Below are positions 1-12,330 of a stretch of DNA of 64,000 nt, one piece after another. The notes under the pieces were generated by a model. It saw only the letters and a program-made list of their open reading frames with translations. It did no database searches and was not told the DNA's origin. This DNA comes from Bugula neritina (taxonomy: Eukaryota > Animalia > Bryozoa). Made by a program: the position numbers and the translations under genes. Where the stretch lies: the NCBI GenBank assembly GCA_964035545.1, contig OZ037766.1, positions 31,672,773 to 31,736,772 on the forward strand. The letters are read 5' to 3'. Numbering within the stretch: position 1 is the first letter of the stretch; each line of letters begins with the position of its first letter.

Positions 1-27
1 ACTCATGCTTTATATGTGTTGTTTTAG

Positions 28-3000
28 CCCCACACATTATTACTGCCTTCCAAAGAGATGATCAACCCCGACATCCCTCTGGACGAACAGACAGACGCTC
101 TGCCGTATGACATTGGCTGGGAATTCCCTCTGGGTAACCTGAAGCTGGGCATGCTGCTGGGTCAGGGCGCATTTGGCCGAGTTCTAAAAGCTGAGGCTAT
201 GAACATTGAGGAGGGGGTATCGAGTACCACCGTAGCAGTGAAAACTGTGCGAGGTGGGTTTTTAAATACAACTGGTTTCTTTCAAACTGATTGTGGACAA
301 AAAGTTGTTGCTATTCTGTATGAAGGGTTTATATTGTGTCTATATTCTCTCTTCTTACAGATCACTCTGATATTGAACAAGTCAAGGCATTAATCAGTGA
401 GCTGAAGATTCTCATACATATTGGTCAACATCTGAACATAGTAAACCTGTTAGGTGCCTGCACTAAGGATATCAGCAAAGGTGAGTGTACTAACTATATC
501 AAAGTAAAGGTGGGTGAGCAATACCCCGACCAACTTGCATATCCTGTCACGTGTAGATTATGTCTATAGCATGTCTTCTTGTTTGCAGGTCATATATTGG
601 TTATAGTAGAGTTTTGTCGCCACGGAAACCTTAGGTCTTATTTACTCAAACACAGAAGCACATACAATCCCAGCATGGATGTGACAGATGGTGAGAACAC
701 AGCCAGTGTCAAGCTGGGACATGTAGCTGTAGATATGACAGGTGGGTGAACGTATGACACGCCAATACAGGTTCTAGCAGGTGCTTGTTGGTATCTCAAT
801 GTTACTGAGTAATAATTACTATACTATACTATAATACATACTATACTACACTACACTATACTATATTATATACTACACTACTATATACTACACTATACTA
901 CACTACACTATACTATACTTACTACACTATACTTACTATACTATAGTTACTATGCTGTAAGTACTATGCTGTAAGCACTATGCTGTAAGTACATAATGTA
1001 AGTACTATACTGTAAGTACATACTGTAAGTACTATACTGTAAGTACTATGCTGTAAGTACTATACTATACCTCAGGTGATGACGACTATCTAAACCCCGG
1101 TACTACTGACGACAAGCCTGTCTCCATGAGAGATCTACTCAGCTGGTGTTACCAGATAGCCCGGGGTATGGAGTACTTGGCCAGTATAGATGTGAGTCAA
1201 TCTGTCTACTCTTGTCGTCATGGTAACGCTCTACTTTGATCTCAATTTCTTATACATTATTTCACAGCTTCCACAACTCTAGACTATGTTAACTTAATCT
1301 CCAACTTCCGGATGTCAAACAGCCTGTTGACTTTCTGATGCCGAAAGCTGTGACCTCAACTGTCTCTATGTGATGCGTTACGTACTGTATGCTGTACATA
1401 GTGCAATCATCTATAAACTATAAACTATGTTGTAGTATATCCACAGAGATTTGGCTGCCAGAAACGTGCTCCTAGCTGATGACAATATTGTTAAGATCTG
1501 TGACTTTGGACTGGCTAAGGACATATACAAATATCAGGAGTACCAGAAGCAGACAGACGTGAGTAACTTGTTCATCAGCTCCTGTCTAACTGAAGAACAC
1601 TGGCTGTAATAGACTGATCGCTGTCCTTTATTATGTAGGGCTCACTACTCTACTCTACAAAGTAATAGACTGATTACTGTCCTTTATTATGTAGGGCTCA
1701 CTACTCTACTCTACAAAGTAATAATAGACTGATTGCTGCCCTTTATTATGTAGGGTCCACTACTCTACTCTACAGAGTAATAGACTGATTGCTGCCCTTT
1801 ATATGTAGGGTCTACTACTCTACTCTACAAAGTAATAATAGACTGATTGCTGCCCTTTATTATGTAGGGTCCACTACTCTACTCTACAGAGTAATAGACT
1901 GATTGCTGCCCTTTATATGTAGGGTCCACTACCGATAAAATGGATGGCACTAGAGTCTCTAACACACAAAGTGTTTAATGTAAGAACAGATGTGTGGGCT
2001 TATGGAGTCACAGTGTGGGAGTTATTCTCCCTGGCTGCTACACCGTATCCTGGCTGGGAAATAGACGACACATTCATAGATAAACTACAAGAAGGATATC
2101 GAATGGAGATACCCAAACATTGTCCTGAACAAATGTAAGATGGCATTCCCTAATGGACAGTGTAGTGTACTGTGTTATGTAGTATACTGTGTTATGTAGT
2201 GTACTGTGTTATGTAGTGTACTATGTTATGTAGTGTACTGTGTTATGTAGTATACTGTGTTATGTAGTATACTGTGTTATGTAGTGTACTGTGTTATGTA
2301 GTGTACTGTGTTATGTAGTGTACTGTGTTATGTAGTGTACTGTGTTATGTAATGTACTGTGTTATGTAGTATACTGTGTTATGTAGTGTAGTGTGTTATG
2401 TAGTGTACTGTGTTATGTAGTATACTGTGTTATGTAGATATCAAGACGTTATGCTCAACTGCTGGCATCCTGATCCTGAAAAGAGACCCAACTTTGCCGA
2501 GTTGGCAGACATGATGGGTGAATCAGTCGACCAGACTGTGAAAGACGTGAGTCTAGTGACATCACATCCAGTTGAATGTATTTCTTACGATCGGCTATGC
2601 ACTGAATCTAAATATAAAGTAGATTGAGTAGATTTACCACCAGCCACTGCATTGTCCAGTCATGTCTTATGTAAACTCTTCTAGAAACTTCTGTCACTGG
2701 AAGACCCGTATCTGAGAAATAGAGATTCTAGAACAGATATTACTATTAGACCGAGTTCTGTGCGCAAGCGTGACCGCAGGGACCTCGAGTCTGACTATCT
2801 CCCCTCTAAAGCTCTGCAACCCAAGGCTAACGGCTCCAGAGCCCAGAATAATTATTATAACACTTCTCCCACCGGCTCTCAGCCCAGCCAGGTGAGCATT
2901 TCCTGTCTGTCTGTCTGTCTTTCAGCCTGTTTGTGTTTGTCTGTTGCTGTGTACACAAGTGATAGGCTAATGATCATATTGAGTTAGACTCGGGCTACAC

Positions 3001-6000
3001 AGCAGACGCCGGGGAGGGGGGGGCTGCTTCACTCACCTGGATAATGTTTGGAACTCGCCTTCACTTGCCACTTGTTTCTTCTGCTAGTACTTTGCAGCTA
3101 GACAGCTAGGTTTCGCGTAGCCATCTGATGTTTGACTTGCTTCACTTCTGTTGACACTTTGTGTTGGTTTCTTTCAGTTATCCTTTTCTAATCCTATAAC
3201 TTTTCCTTCTACATATCTTATGTTTAGTTATTAGTTGCCTCCTCTTTGTATCCATACTTCTAGCAGGGACAACTCCTAAGTTTAGTCCAGATGTTGCTGT
3301 GTAATGATCACATAGAAGTCTTTATTGTTGAGTATATTTCAGTTTCGGTTTGTCATTGTATTGTATGTATTGTTTATGGAACTTTTAGTTTTAAGCAGAA
3401 TGTTATGGACAATATCTTTCCATTAACTTGTGGAAGTTATTCCCCTCCAACAATATGAGTACTTTGGCACTGTTAAAGTATTGCTATTTGCTATAATTAT
3501 TGCTTAGCCTAAGTTTAATCTGCCTGTATCTATTCGATTTGGGGAAGATTGCTAACATCTCGTCTGTTAAAAATTGTTAGTTCAATGAGTTTGAAAAAAT
3601 ATATGTAATTGATGATGTCTTGAAATTAGCACGATATTAATATTGAATTATTCTACAGAACTTACTCTACATTTTACTTTTCTTCGTCATTTATTTTCTA
3701 TTGGCTTGTCTAACCGTTTATATTTCACTTGATCCACCCGCTGCTTGCTCCCAAACATCTTATTTAACCTGGAATATTTTTTCTATATTTTTCTGTCTCC
3801 CCTTTGTTTCGCGTTATGTCTTATTGTTTTCATATTCACATTTGTGTATCAGGTAAAAATAGATTTTACATTCCAAAGTGTAAAGTTATTTTGCTCACTG
3901 GTTACCAATAGTGTGATAGAAGTAGACTCAGTATTGGGACTGTACTGCGTGCAGTATCCACAGTATGTACTCTCTATGTCTATGTACATGTGTCAGTGTG
4001 TGTCTATGTCTATGTTCTAGTTTGACGGCACGTCACACACACACAGTCAGACAATCCACACTGCACTGTAAACTTTTACCTGCATCATAGGTGGCCATGT
4101 ACTCAGGCCACTCTTAGGTAATTTACTAACATTCATCACCGCATACTGCTCTAGCGAATAACTGCAGTTACAATAGTACTAGCTAGACCCTCTGATGGGC
4201 ACTTCACTCCACCTAGCCCTACTTCCTCTCAACATTTGCTCTATTATTGTTGGGATTTATCCCCTCTCTCAGTATCGCTCTTGGCTACTTTACCTGAGCA
4301 TGCTGAGATAAAACTGTTGATTTTTTCTCGTCAGACATTGTATTTAGTACTGTGGGCTAGTAGGACTGCTATTGTGGCGGCTCATTAACCTTGCTTTATA
4401 AGATTGGCGTTGCACCGTGTCATGTTCTAACTATCCTGGTCACTAACAAGCCGAGCTCGCTGATCTGTGCTGCCGCTATACTCCTGGGAGTCCTGCTGTA
4501 TGGTGTAGTGTCCTGTGTAGCGTTCGAGGATAATACCAACCTTATCAGTCCAGTAGTTATACTAGCTCCTTGCATGTGAGATGATTGTAGGATACAGATA
4601 TTGTAAGTTTAGTAGTCACCTCTGTTTCATACTGGGCTAACACAAGTTGACAGGCTTCAGCAGGTGCTAGTAAATCAGCTGAACATGGAGCCAAATGTTC
4701 TCATTGTACATATTAGTTATTTGCTCAACTACCTGGCAAGTTTCACGTACTCAGTGAATTACTCAATAGACCAGCACTATCTATAGCTATATCTTTATTC
4801 TGCTTGCAAATACAGAGTACTATAGTTAAAAGTGGTAACAAAAAATAAAGAAATAAATTAAGTATAAAAAATGCTTTAATTCTACTACTGCGTCTTTGAC
4901 ATTGTTCTGTCTGCTAAGATATTAAATTAGCCAATTATTATGAAATAAACCTTCCGAATGGCAGACTGTGTTATCAGATGTATGTATAAAGACTCCGTTA
5001 TCACCTTTTTAGCTCTATATCATTATACTATATGTAATAACTGCATATACCACAACCTAGTAGATGTCTTCCCTATGTAAATATGTTGTGATTCCCCAGC
5101 ATATTTCTGTATAGAGTATACACGGCTCTTGGGAGTTGCTTCCCAACGTCACAGACACCCTGCTCCCTTCTCAAACTCACTCTGAGACCTCCTGCTCTGT
5201 ACCAGCAGATGGTAATTCTCTCTCCGTGTTGTTACCTGATGTGTTGTTACCTGATGTTCTCACCATGTTGTGACGCTGACTAGAAGTGTCTGTGTGAATG
5301 TGGCAGCAAATATTTACTCCTTAAAGGTGTTTCCTAGATGTTGCTGTGTGTGCATTCATTGCATAGCATGAGTTTGCTGTACCATCAGAATTTCCCCTCG
5401 TCTCTGCATTGTTCATCAGTTAGTAATGTGCTGGTACCAACTCCTAGCTCAGTTATGGTATCTCAACCTTTGTTTTCAGAATTTTATTTATCTGTTTCTT
5501 CATATTCTAAAGATTTATATCTAAAATATCAATTTATGTATTGACTGCCTGCCTGTCATTTTACAGAGCTGTTCCTACCTCTATTTTGATACTTAGTGTT
5601 TCATTCGTTGGTTTGCTCATAAATCAGTCTTCACCCCTCTAGTCTTTGGCTTCACACCTCTAGTTTTTGGCTTCACACCTCTAGTCTTTGGCTTGGCACC
5701 TCTAGTCTTTGGCTTCACACCTCTAGTCTTTGGCTTCACACCTCTAGTTTTTGGCTTCACACCTCCATTTTTTGGCTTCACACCTCTAGTCTTTGGCTTC
5801 ACACCTCCAGTCTTTGGCTTGGCTTTGCACTTGCTAATATTATTTGCACCTACTCCATTTCTGCAGCCCTCGTAAGCTAAGGGTGTAAAAAGTTATTAGT
5901 TTGTGAACTTCCTGTCCATTTGGTGATGCATGATGTGAGCAATATAACTGCATGAGCTTGCCGTGTTTATACTGTTGCCATGGTGACGTGATGTAGCTGT

Positions 6001-6388
6001 AACAGACTGTGTGATTGGTTAACAGGCAGCCAAGTCATGGAGGAAGGAGAGGGCCAGTGATGAGGAGAAACTCCCACTGCATGTAGCTGTTGAAGATGAC
6101 ATAGACATGCCCAGTGCCCCTGCCCCCTCCCCCTGGGAGGGACACAGTCAGCTGGCTAAGCGAGCCACCTTGGGAGACGACAGCCACTCCTTGTTGTCAG
6201 CAGACAGCGACAGCGCGCGTCCCCCCAGCTACAACTATGTAATGAAGAAGAGCGAGCCGGTCAGCTCTAAAGACTCTTCAGCCGCTTCTACGTCTGCGGC
6301 TGTTCAACCTTTGGGGTCAAGGTCGGCTTCTCGGGACGCCCTCACTCAGCCTCCTTCTCAAAAGTCGTACATAGAGACTACATGCTAG
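28..6388 (+). CDS. Pvr: Gene A: PDGF/VEGF receptor-family tyrosine kinase, 3' part (juxtamembrane, split kinase, C-tail); 5' exons lie upstream of the window
   Basis: GT-AG exons joining in frame: 28-253, 361-480, 589-741, 1076-1191, 1436-1558, 1923-2134, 2438-2546, 2685-2891, 6026-6388. Motifs: [18 protein letters not shown] (VEGFR-type JM), [34 protein letters not shown], kinase insert, [48 protein letters not shown]. Tail contains PPSY and ends YIETTC*. Symbol denotes the family, not proven orthology. Confidence 0.95.
818..1068 (+). repeat. (CTATA/CTACA)n followed by 14-bp repeat gtaagtactatgct in the kinase-insert intron of gene A
   Basis: Directly visible tandem units. Confidence 0.9.
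1607..1932 (+). repeat. ~60-bp minisatellite containing copies of the splice acceptor tatgtag|ggtccactac
   Basis: ~5.5 units of taatagactgattgctgccctttattatgtagggtccactactctactctacaaag. Related units at ~39500-39655 and ~62430-62595. Confidence 0.92.
2161..2437 (+). repeat. 17-bp minisatellite (tgtactgtgttatgtag) ending at the real acceptor
   Basis: ~16 units; the last unit supplies the AG at 2436-2437. Confidence 0.92.
2988..3044 (+). CDS. Weak candidate alternative terminal exon of gene A ([18 protein letters not shown])
   Basis: ggctaat branch-like motif, then gagttag|ACT in phase 0, giving a 96-bp intron. GC-rich island, but poor polypyrimidine tract. Confidence 0.25.
   Translation, partial: TRATQQTPGRGGLLHSPG
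4021..4071 (+). CDS. Candidate alternative terminal exon of gene A ([16 protein letters not shown])
   Basis: Acceptor tatgttctag|TTT in phase 0, matching the phase-0 donor after 2891. Ends T-A-L (class I PDZ-type). AATAAA at ~4844 and ~4852. Confidence 0.45.
   Translation, partial: FDGTSHTHSQTIHTAL
5629..5821. repeat. 21-bp minisatellite (cttcacacctctagtctttgg)
   Basis: ~9 units; explains the repetitive ORFs 5617-5802 and 5693-5875. Confidence 0.92.
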
Positions 6389-7302
6389 ACAAACCAGTTT
6401 ACCCTTGACCTTTAGCTCGTCTACTTAACCATTATAGAGTTGTCCTCTCACTGGCTTCAATCATGTAATATATTAACACAGTGTAAATATAACAGGAATT
6501 CTAACTGCTTTTATAGAATATTTTATAATACACTTCCATGTCACCCAGACGCTTGCAGAATACAGGGTGGAGTGAGCTGGTGATTATTAGTCCTGATATA
6601 CTATTGGCTTTGTTGTTAGTTATATATTTATACTTTGTTGTATCATTGTGACTTTACCTTTACCTCTGTACATATCACAATGATTACCTTTGGACTCACC
6701 ATTCTCGTGTTCTAAATTATAGGTGTTTTATATCATTATGATTATTTTTTATAAATTGGAACTGAGTTATTGTGATTAAATAGAGATAGGTTTCTTTATA
6801 TTTTAGCTTGACAGTCATTAACAGATATAACTTTGCTTCAGTTTCATGACATCAATTATCATAGGAGTAGATATTTTAACAATAATTTATATTATCAACT
6901 TTTTAATTAACTGCTCAACTATCTAGCAATACTGCATAAAATACACACTTTAACTAACAATATGATACTGTTAAGTATGCAGCCCTGTTACAAATTTGTA
7001 TTGTTGGAGTTTTCATCAACACATTATAAAGAATTTCTCCAAACTTCCTGTTTTATTAGTCTTGGTATTCTGTTACTGCACAACGCTACTTCTATCACTT
7101 ACAACATTGTAGAGGTATTGCAGTAGCACAGTCACAAAGGCAAAGCGTTTTCCTCAAACATGGCTGTTAAATTTTGTAAAATGCCGTTCACAACTTTTAA
7201 CATATTTTATTCAAAAACAAATTTTACACTAAATGGCTTTTATTTACAGAATTAAAAGTTGAGTTTGGATTCAAATTAAGCAAAAATATTTTATTTCCCA
7301 AT

Positions 7303-7530
7303 TACAGTCAACCTCTAAACTTAATCAGTATTACAGTCAAAGTTTTAAACCCAACACCTGAAACTACCAGCATCGCATTTACTCATTCAGTCTATCCCAA
7401 TGTACTAGTTTCAGTTTTACAACACACTTTGCAAAAGTGCAATCCCTACTCACTACAGTTTCTCTTCATCAAGTCTAGAGCATGTCTAAGTGATAAAACT
7501 TCATATACTAACATCTGGAAAGATAATCCC
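7303..7530 (+). promoter_or_regulatory. Conserved upstream/5'UTR blocks shared by gene B and gene C (~25192-25435)
   Basis: Collinear blocks tacagtcaacctctaaac, ttacagtcaaagt, caacacctga.actaccagcat, tgataaaacttcat.tactaacatctgg immediately 5' of both exon 1s. Confidence 0.6.
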
Positions 7531-7573
7531 TACTAAACAGACAACTCCTCGCTGTTGTCTTCCTTACTTGAAT

Positions 7574-10500
7574 ATGAAAGGGCTTTATCTCTGCCCAGGT
7601 AAGTTCTGTTAATATTCTATATATATTTCCAATAAATATTATAAATATACATAATAGAAGTTATTTAGCTGCTAGCTGTTCAAATGTTTTCCTAAAGATA
7701 TAACATGTCTTGTAAAAGTTTTATTCTTCAGATGCAGGCTGAATATGAAGCTCTTCTGATGGCAGAAAAGTTTGACATTTAATTTAAAAACATTTGCTTT
7801 AATTGAAAGTAAATTCCTGAAAGAAATTATTTGTCAAGCAATAACATACTACCATTTTGTTCAACTGTGCATTTTGTTTCTGTCTACTTTGTATCTAAAC
7901 TAAATATCTAATTAGTAACTATATTGCAACTAACCACCTATATATATATATATATTACGTAAAATTCATATACCTGCGTTCAAGGCTGAGTTGAAATAAT
8001 TAGTCAAATGCTTGCATTATGCTGTATTATATTGAACTTATTGTCTCTTGGTTTGAGTTGTGATAGTCTATTGTATTTGTAGTTGTCTTCTCCATACTGG
8101 TATGTCTAGTTGTGTGTGTAAGTACACAGAGTACTATATCATTAGTACAAGTATCACCCCCTACTGGTAACTCTTACACTCCTGTACCAGTGACCAACAC
8201 AGTCAATCAATATGACATACCAGCAGGATCGAATCTCACTGTAGCTTGTGGAGAATCAGAAACTAGCCTTAGGTACCCGACTAATCAATTCGCTCAGGTA
8301 GGACCTCCTCGTAAAATCATAACTCTGCATAACTTGGGAGTTGCTCTTTCTTTCTCATTCTGTACTTATATTGTGGTGAAGAGAGATAACTCTGTATATA
8401 TTTGCGTCAATTTGTTACACTATATGCATGGAATTTTAAAGTAATAAATAACATTTCTATTTAAATATCTGATATCTGATTCCATTTATAAGATTATATA
8501 TAAAATTTAGTTAGTTATAAAAATATTATGTACTTTAACATTCCATTGGGTTTATAAAGGATAATACAATACATGAGATAACATAATATGATAGTGGAAA
8601 ACATAATGCTAGCCTCTGGTCCTTACAGTTTGATAGATTTGGGTTGGGGACCAGAGTGAGAGTCTCGACAGTAAGTACTGGAGACCAATGGACATTCGAC
8701 TCTCTCAAGTACTATGATACTGGTGTGATAGAGTGTTACAACACTGCAGATAGTAACAATGCTAGTCTCACCTCTTCTGTCTATATCTTTGTTTATGGTA
8801 TGTATACTCACAGGTCTTGATATTCTATAGTGCTTAACTGTTATGTATGGTAATAGACGGTCTATTGGTGATGTTTTATAGACCCAAATGAACCTCTCCA
8901 CGTACCGTTGAGCACATCTGGAAGTACTGGACCTATCAGTGTAACTGTGAAGAGAACTGAGTATGTACCATGCCTTCCCACTCACTCCAGCATCACTTTT
9001 ACTCTTTCTCTGCCTAGTGGCACTGTTTTACCAACTGTAAGTACTTTATTTACTTACATCCAATTGATGTGTCTTCAGAATAATAAACCTATGTTATTTC
9101 TTAAGCTACTAACTTGGTTTGGATACTTATGCTAAACATAAGTAGTACTTTAAAAAACTTGCTAGATATCAAATATAGATATGAACTAAATTAAGTGATT
9201 GGTATTTATAAAAAATGATGATGATTTGCTCTAATTTAACCTTGAACTTTCTGTTTGACAGATGGCAACTCTCAATAATACTCAAGGGTTCAAGTTGCTG
9301 CGTAGTCCCCCTCCCTTACCCCTGTACACTTGCAGTTTCACTTATGCCACCACTGGTCGCACCGACATTGTCACTGTACATGTTGCTATTGCAGGTACGT
9401 TGTGTTACTTACTCACTTGGTTACTTTAAATTCTTAAACCTGGCTCTGTCAGTATCTTGTAACATTAGATGTGAATATTTTGATGGTTATACATACATGT
9501 GCTTTCCGCCAACACCAACGGCTTGCTTAGCTTCCAACTTTCACCCTTCAGTAACTATAGATATTGAGGCGATTATGCCTGGTGCTTTGCAAACATATGG
9601 CGCACAGGCTAATTTCAATGTTTAGTCCACTAGAAACTCTGCAAATGTTAACAACTCCCGTTTTAGAACTAATGTTGACAGAAAGTGTGTAGAAGGCAGT
9701 ATAAAAAAATATAATTATGTGTTACTGCAGCGGGTCTGAGTCATAGAAACAGGTCAAAGTTCAATTGCTGTCACTTTGATGCAGTCTACCTGCTTATCTC
9801 AATCTCAGACTAATGAGTCTAGCAAAAAGCACCAGATTGAACAGCTCACACACAGAGAGGTAGAGAAAGTAGGCTGCCTAGGAAAACTGACATCGAGTTA
9901 CTAAACTTGTCGCACTCACTTACAAATATTCACTCCCTCAAAACATACCTGACTGAAATAAATTCTTTAAGTTGACTTGAAACGGAAATTGTTGAGATTA
10001 TTTTTATAAGCTGTATGATGTTAACAACAAGAAGTTGTCTTTCCTCTAACCTGTCGAAGCCAGAAATCTTGAATTATAGCCTTGATTCTGATACTCATGT
10101 ATGACGGGTTGCGTTACAGTCCCCCCTCAAATCATGGTGAGTTATGTGTACGAGTCAGAGACTGTATCAGTGATGAGTAATCCCCACACGGCCTTCTTTC
10201 AACTCTCCAAGGAGGTGGAGCTAGATTGTACTGTCACAGAAGGGTTTCCCGGCCCTCAACTGTCCTGGATATGGCAGCCATGTGACAACGCAAAACCTGA
10301 CTGCATAGTTGATGAGGCAGTGTGGCAGACCCTTCCCACCACACTCAGGTAGGTTTTGTAACGCACATTCTCATTGGATAATGCATTTGGTGGGAAAAGT
10401 GTTACTAGCCTGCAATTGTTCAGTAGGATGTAGGGGTTTTACAATAACAGAGACCTGAGGTGTTTCCTAAGGAACGCAAACACCAACTACACCTGGCAGA

Positions 10501-10761
10501 CTGGCATTAACAAAGGCAGATAACTCCTAATGACTTATTGAACTGGAGGTATACTTTGCAGTGCTTGCAGTTGTAGTCCACTGCAGCTATTATGGTAGTT
10601 AAGTACTTAAGTGAGTAAGTAAGTAACTAACTAGGTAAGTAACTAGGTAAGTAACTAGGTAAGTAAGTACGTAAATAAGTGAGTAAATAAGTGAGTAAAT
10701 AAGTGAGTAAATAAGTAAGTGAGTAAGTAAGTAAGTAAGTAAGTGAGTAAGAAAGTAAGTG

Positions 10762-10801
<40 letters not shown>

Positions 10802-11627
10802 GTAAGTAAGAAAGTAAGTAAGTGAGTAAGTAAGTAAGTAAGTAAGTAGTAAGTAAGAAAGTAAGTAATTGAGTAAGTAAGTAAGTAGTAAGTAAGAACG
10901 TAAGTAAGTGAGTAAGTAAGTGAGTAAGTAAGTAAGTAAGTAAGTGAGAGAGAGAGTAAGTAAGTGAGTAAGTAAGTGAGTAAGAAAGTAAGTAAGTAAG
11001 TGAGCAAGTAAGTAAGTAAGTAAGTAAGAAAGTAAGTAAGTGAGTAAGTAAGTGAGTAAGTAAGTGAGTAAGTAAGTAAGTAAGTAACTAGGTAAGTAAG
11101 TACGTAAATGAGTGCGTAAGTAAGTGAGTAAGTGAGTAAGTGAGTAAGTATGTAGGTAAGTAAGTAAGTAAGTGAGTAAGTAAATAAGTAAGTATGTAAG
11201 TATGTAGGTAATGCAATACTCCATACTTATCTTCTGTATTCCGTCCAATGGCATTGAAACTCTAATTAGAGTGACTCATCAGTGAGTGATTTGAATATGT
11301 CTAGTATAGTTGGCGTTAGACTCGGGATACATAACAAACCTCATTGAAGGTCTATAACGCACTCTGCAGGTAGAATTCTGAAGAGTTTAGTTATGTTTTG
11401 CTATGTTTTTAGTAAAATTATCTTGTTAAAAGTTAGAATTATGCTAATATACTAATTGTGTTGCAGCCCTTCAACTACTACTTTGGACAACTCCCCGTAC
11501 TTTACTAGCTCGAGTTCTAGTAGCCAGAGTCTCCTTATAAAAACTGGGAGGTCGGGCTGGTACCAATGTCTAGCTGAGAATGGAATTGACTCCCCTGCTG
11601 TGTACAGGATATTTACTGTAGTTTCAG
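7574..11627 (+). CDS. Gene B head: divergent VEGFR-like ectodomain, signal peptide + Ig D1-D2-D5 (no D3/D4 exons found); 3' partner uncertain
   Basis: Exons 7574-7598 (MKGLYLCP), 8083-8297, 8629-8797, 8882-9036, 9262-9394, 10120-10348, 11467-11627 join without stops. Signal peptide MKGLYLCPVVFSILVCLVVCVST. D2 YVPCLPT; D5 PPQI..CTVTEGFPGPQLSWIWQPC..SGWYQCLAEN. Exon boundaries and phases match genes C/D. Confidence 0.85.
10598..11209 (+). repeat. (GTAA/GTGA)n microsatellite
   Basis: ~600 bp of gtaagtaagtgagtaa; explains the LTYL ORFs. Confidence 0.95.
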
Positions 11628-12142
11628 GTGTGTATTGTAGTAACTTGTGGGTTGAATGAAACTCAAGTGCTGAACATATCTCTTTGTAAGAGAGAACAAG
11701 ATGGATGGTATTCTTCAGTAGTAGCAATCTTTATTGTAGCGTAATAGAGTGGTCTTTAACAGGCGAGCTCCAGTGGTAGGCTGAATTTACACTGGAAACT
11801 CGCCTGCTTTTATACAAACAGAACAAAGAACACACACAAAAGATCCTTTGTTGTCCGAAAATGGGGAATTCCGAACTTCGGAAGGCCCGAGACTTGGACA
11901 ACAAATTTCCAGTATCAGTATTGTTACAACACTATAAAATGGTAAAAAGTATATAACTCCGGAATGCCTATTTCATGAAAATTACATTACACTGAAAGCT
12001 TCAACAACAATCACAATACTTAGGCATTAGAAAGCTACCTCAACTTAGCTACAATTACAGCATTCAAAACAATACGCAATAAGTAATTATAATACTGATG
12101 CAGCAGTTACTTCAGAACAAACAGAGGATGAAAATCCTTTAC

Positions 12143-12330
12143 AGTATTATAGTACAGGATATAGTGTCAGGTGTGTATTATAATAGCTACTCAATTTTCT
12201 ACAGGAATGACAACTCCTACATATTGGTTGTTATTTTAAAAGACGTGTAACTCTAAAACCAGTGATGTCATGCTAACTGTACAAGGTAATAATTTTATGG
12301 GGACTCAATTGTCCAAGTATTTACACAACT
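12143..12330 (+). pseudogene. Decayed copy of the D6 region (D6a exon deleted, D6b exon internally deleted)
   Basis: gtattatagtacag.atatagtgtcaggtgtgtattata matches 18777-18815 and is joined directly to aatagctact..acag|GAATGACAACTCCTACATATTG...GTGTAACTCTAAAACCAGTGATGTCATGCT.ACTGTACAAG|gtaat, matching 19124-19270. Confidence 0.85.

Noticed and set aside
5617-5875. GVKPKTR / FGFTPLV repeat ORFs
   Set aside because: 21-bp minisatellite with no splice or start context.
8623-8985. Antisense ORFs over exons (also 17740-17946, 18469-18651, 30263-30469, 33322-33507, 54274-54492)
   Set aside because: Shadows of + strand coding exons.
10627-11254. 126-aa and 199-aa LTYL-rich minus-strand ORFs
   Set aside because: Translations of the (GTAA)n microsatellite.
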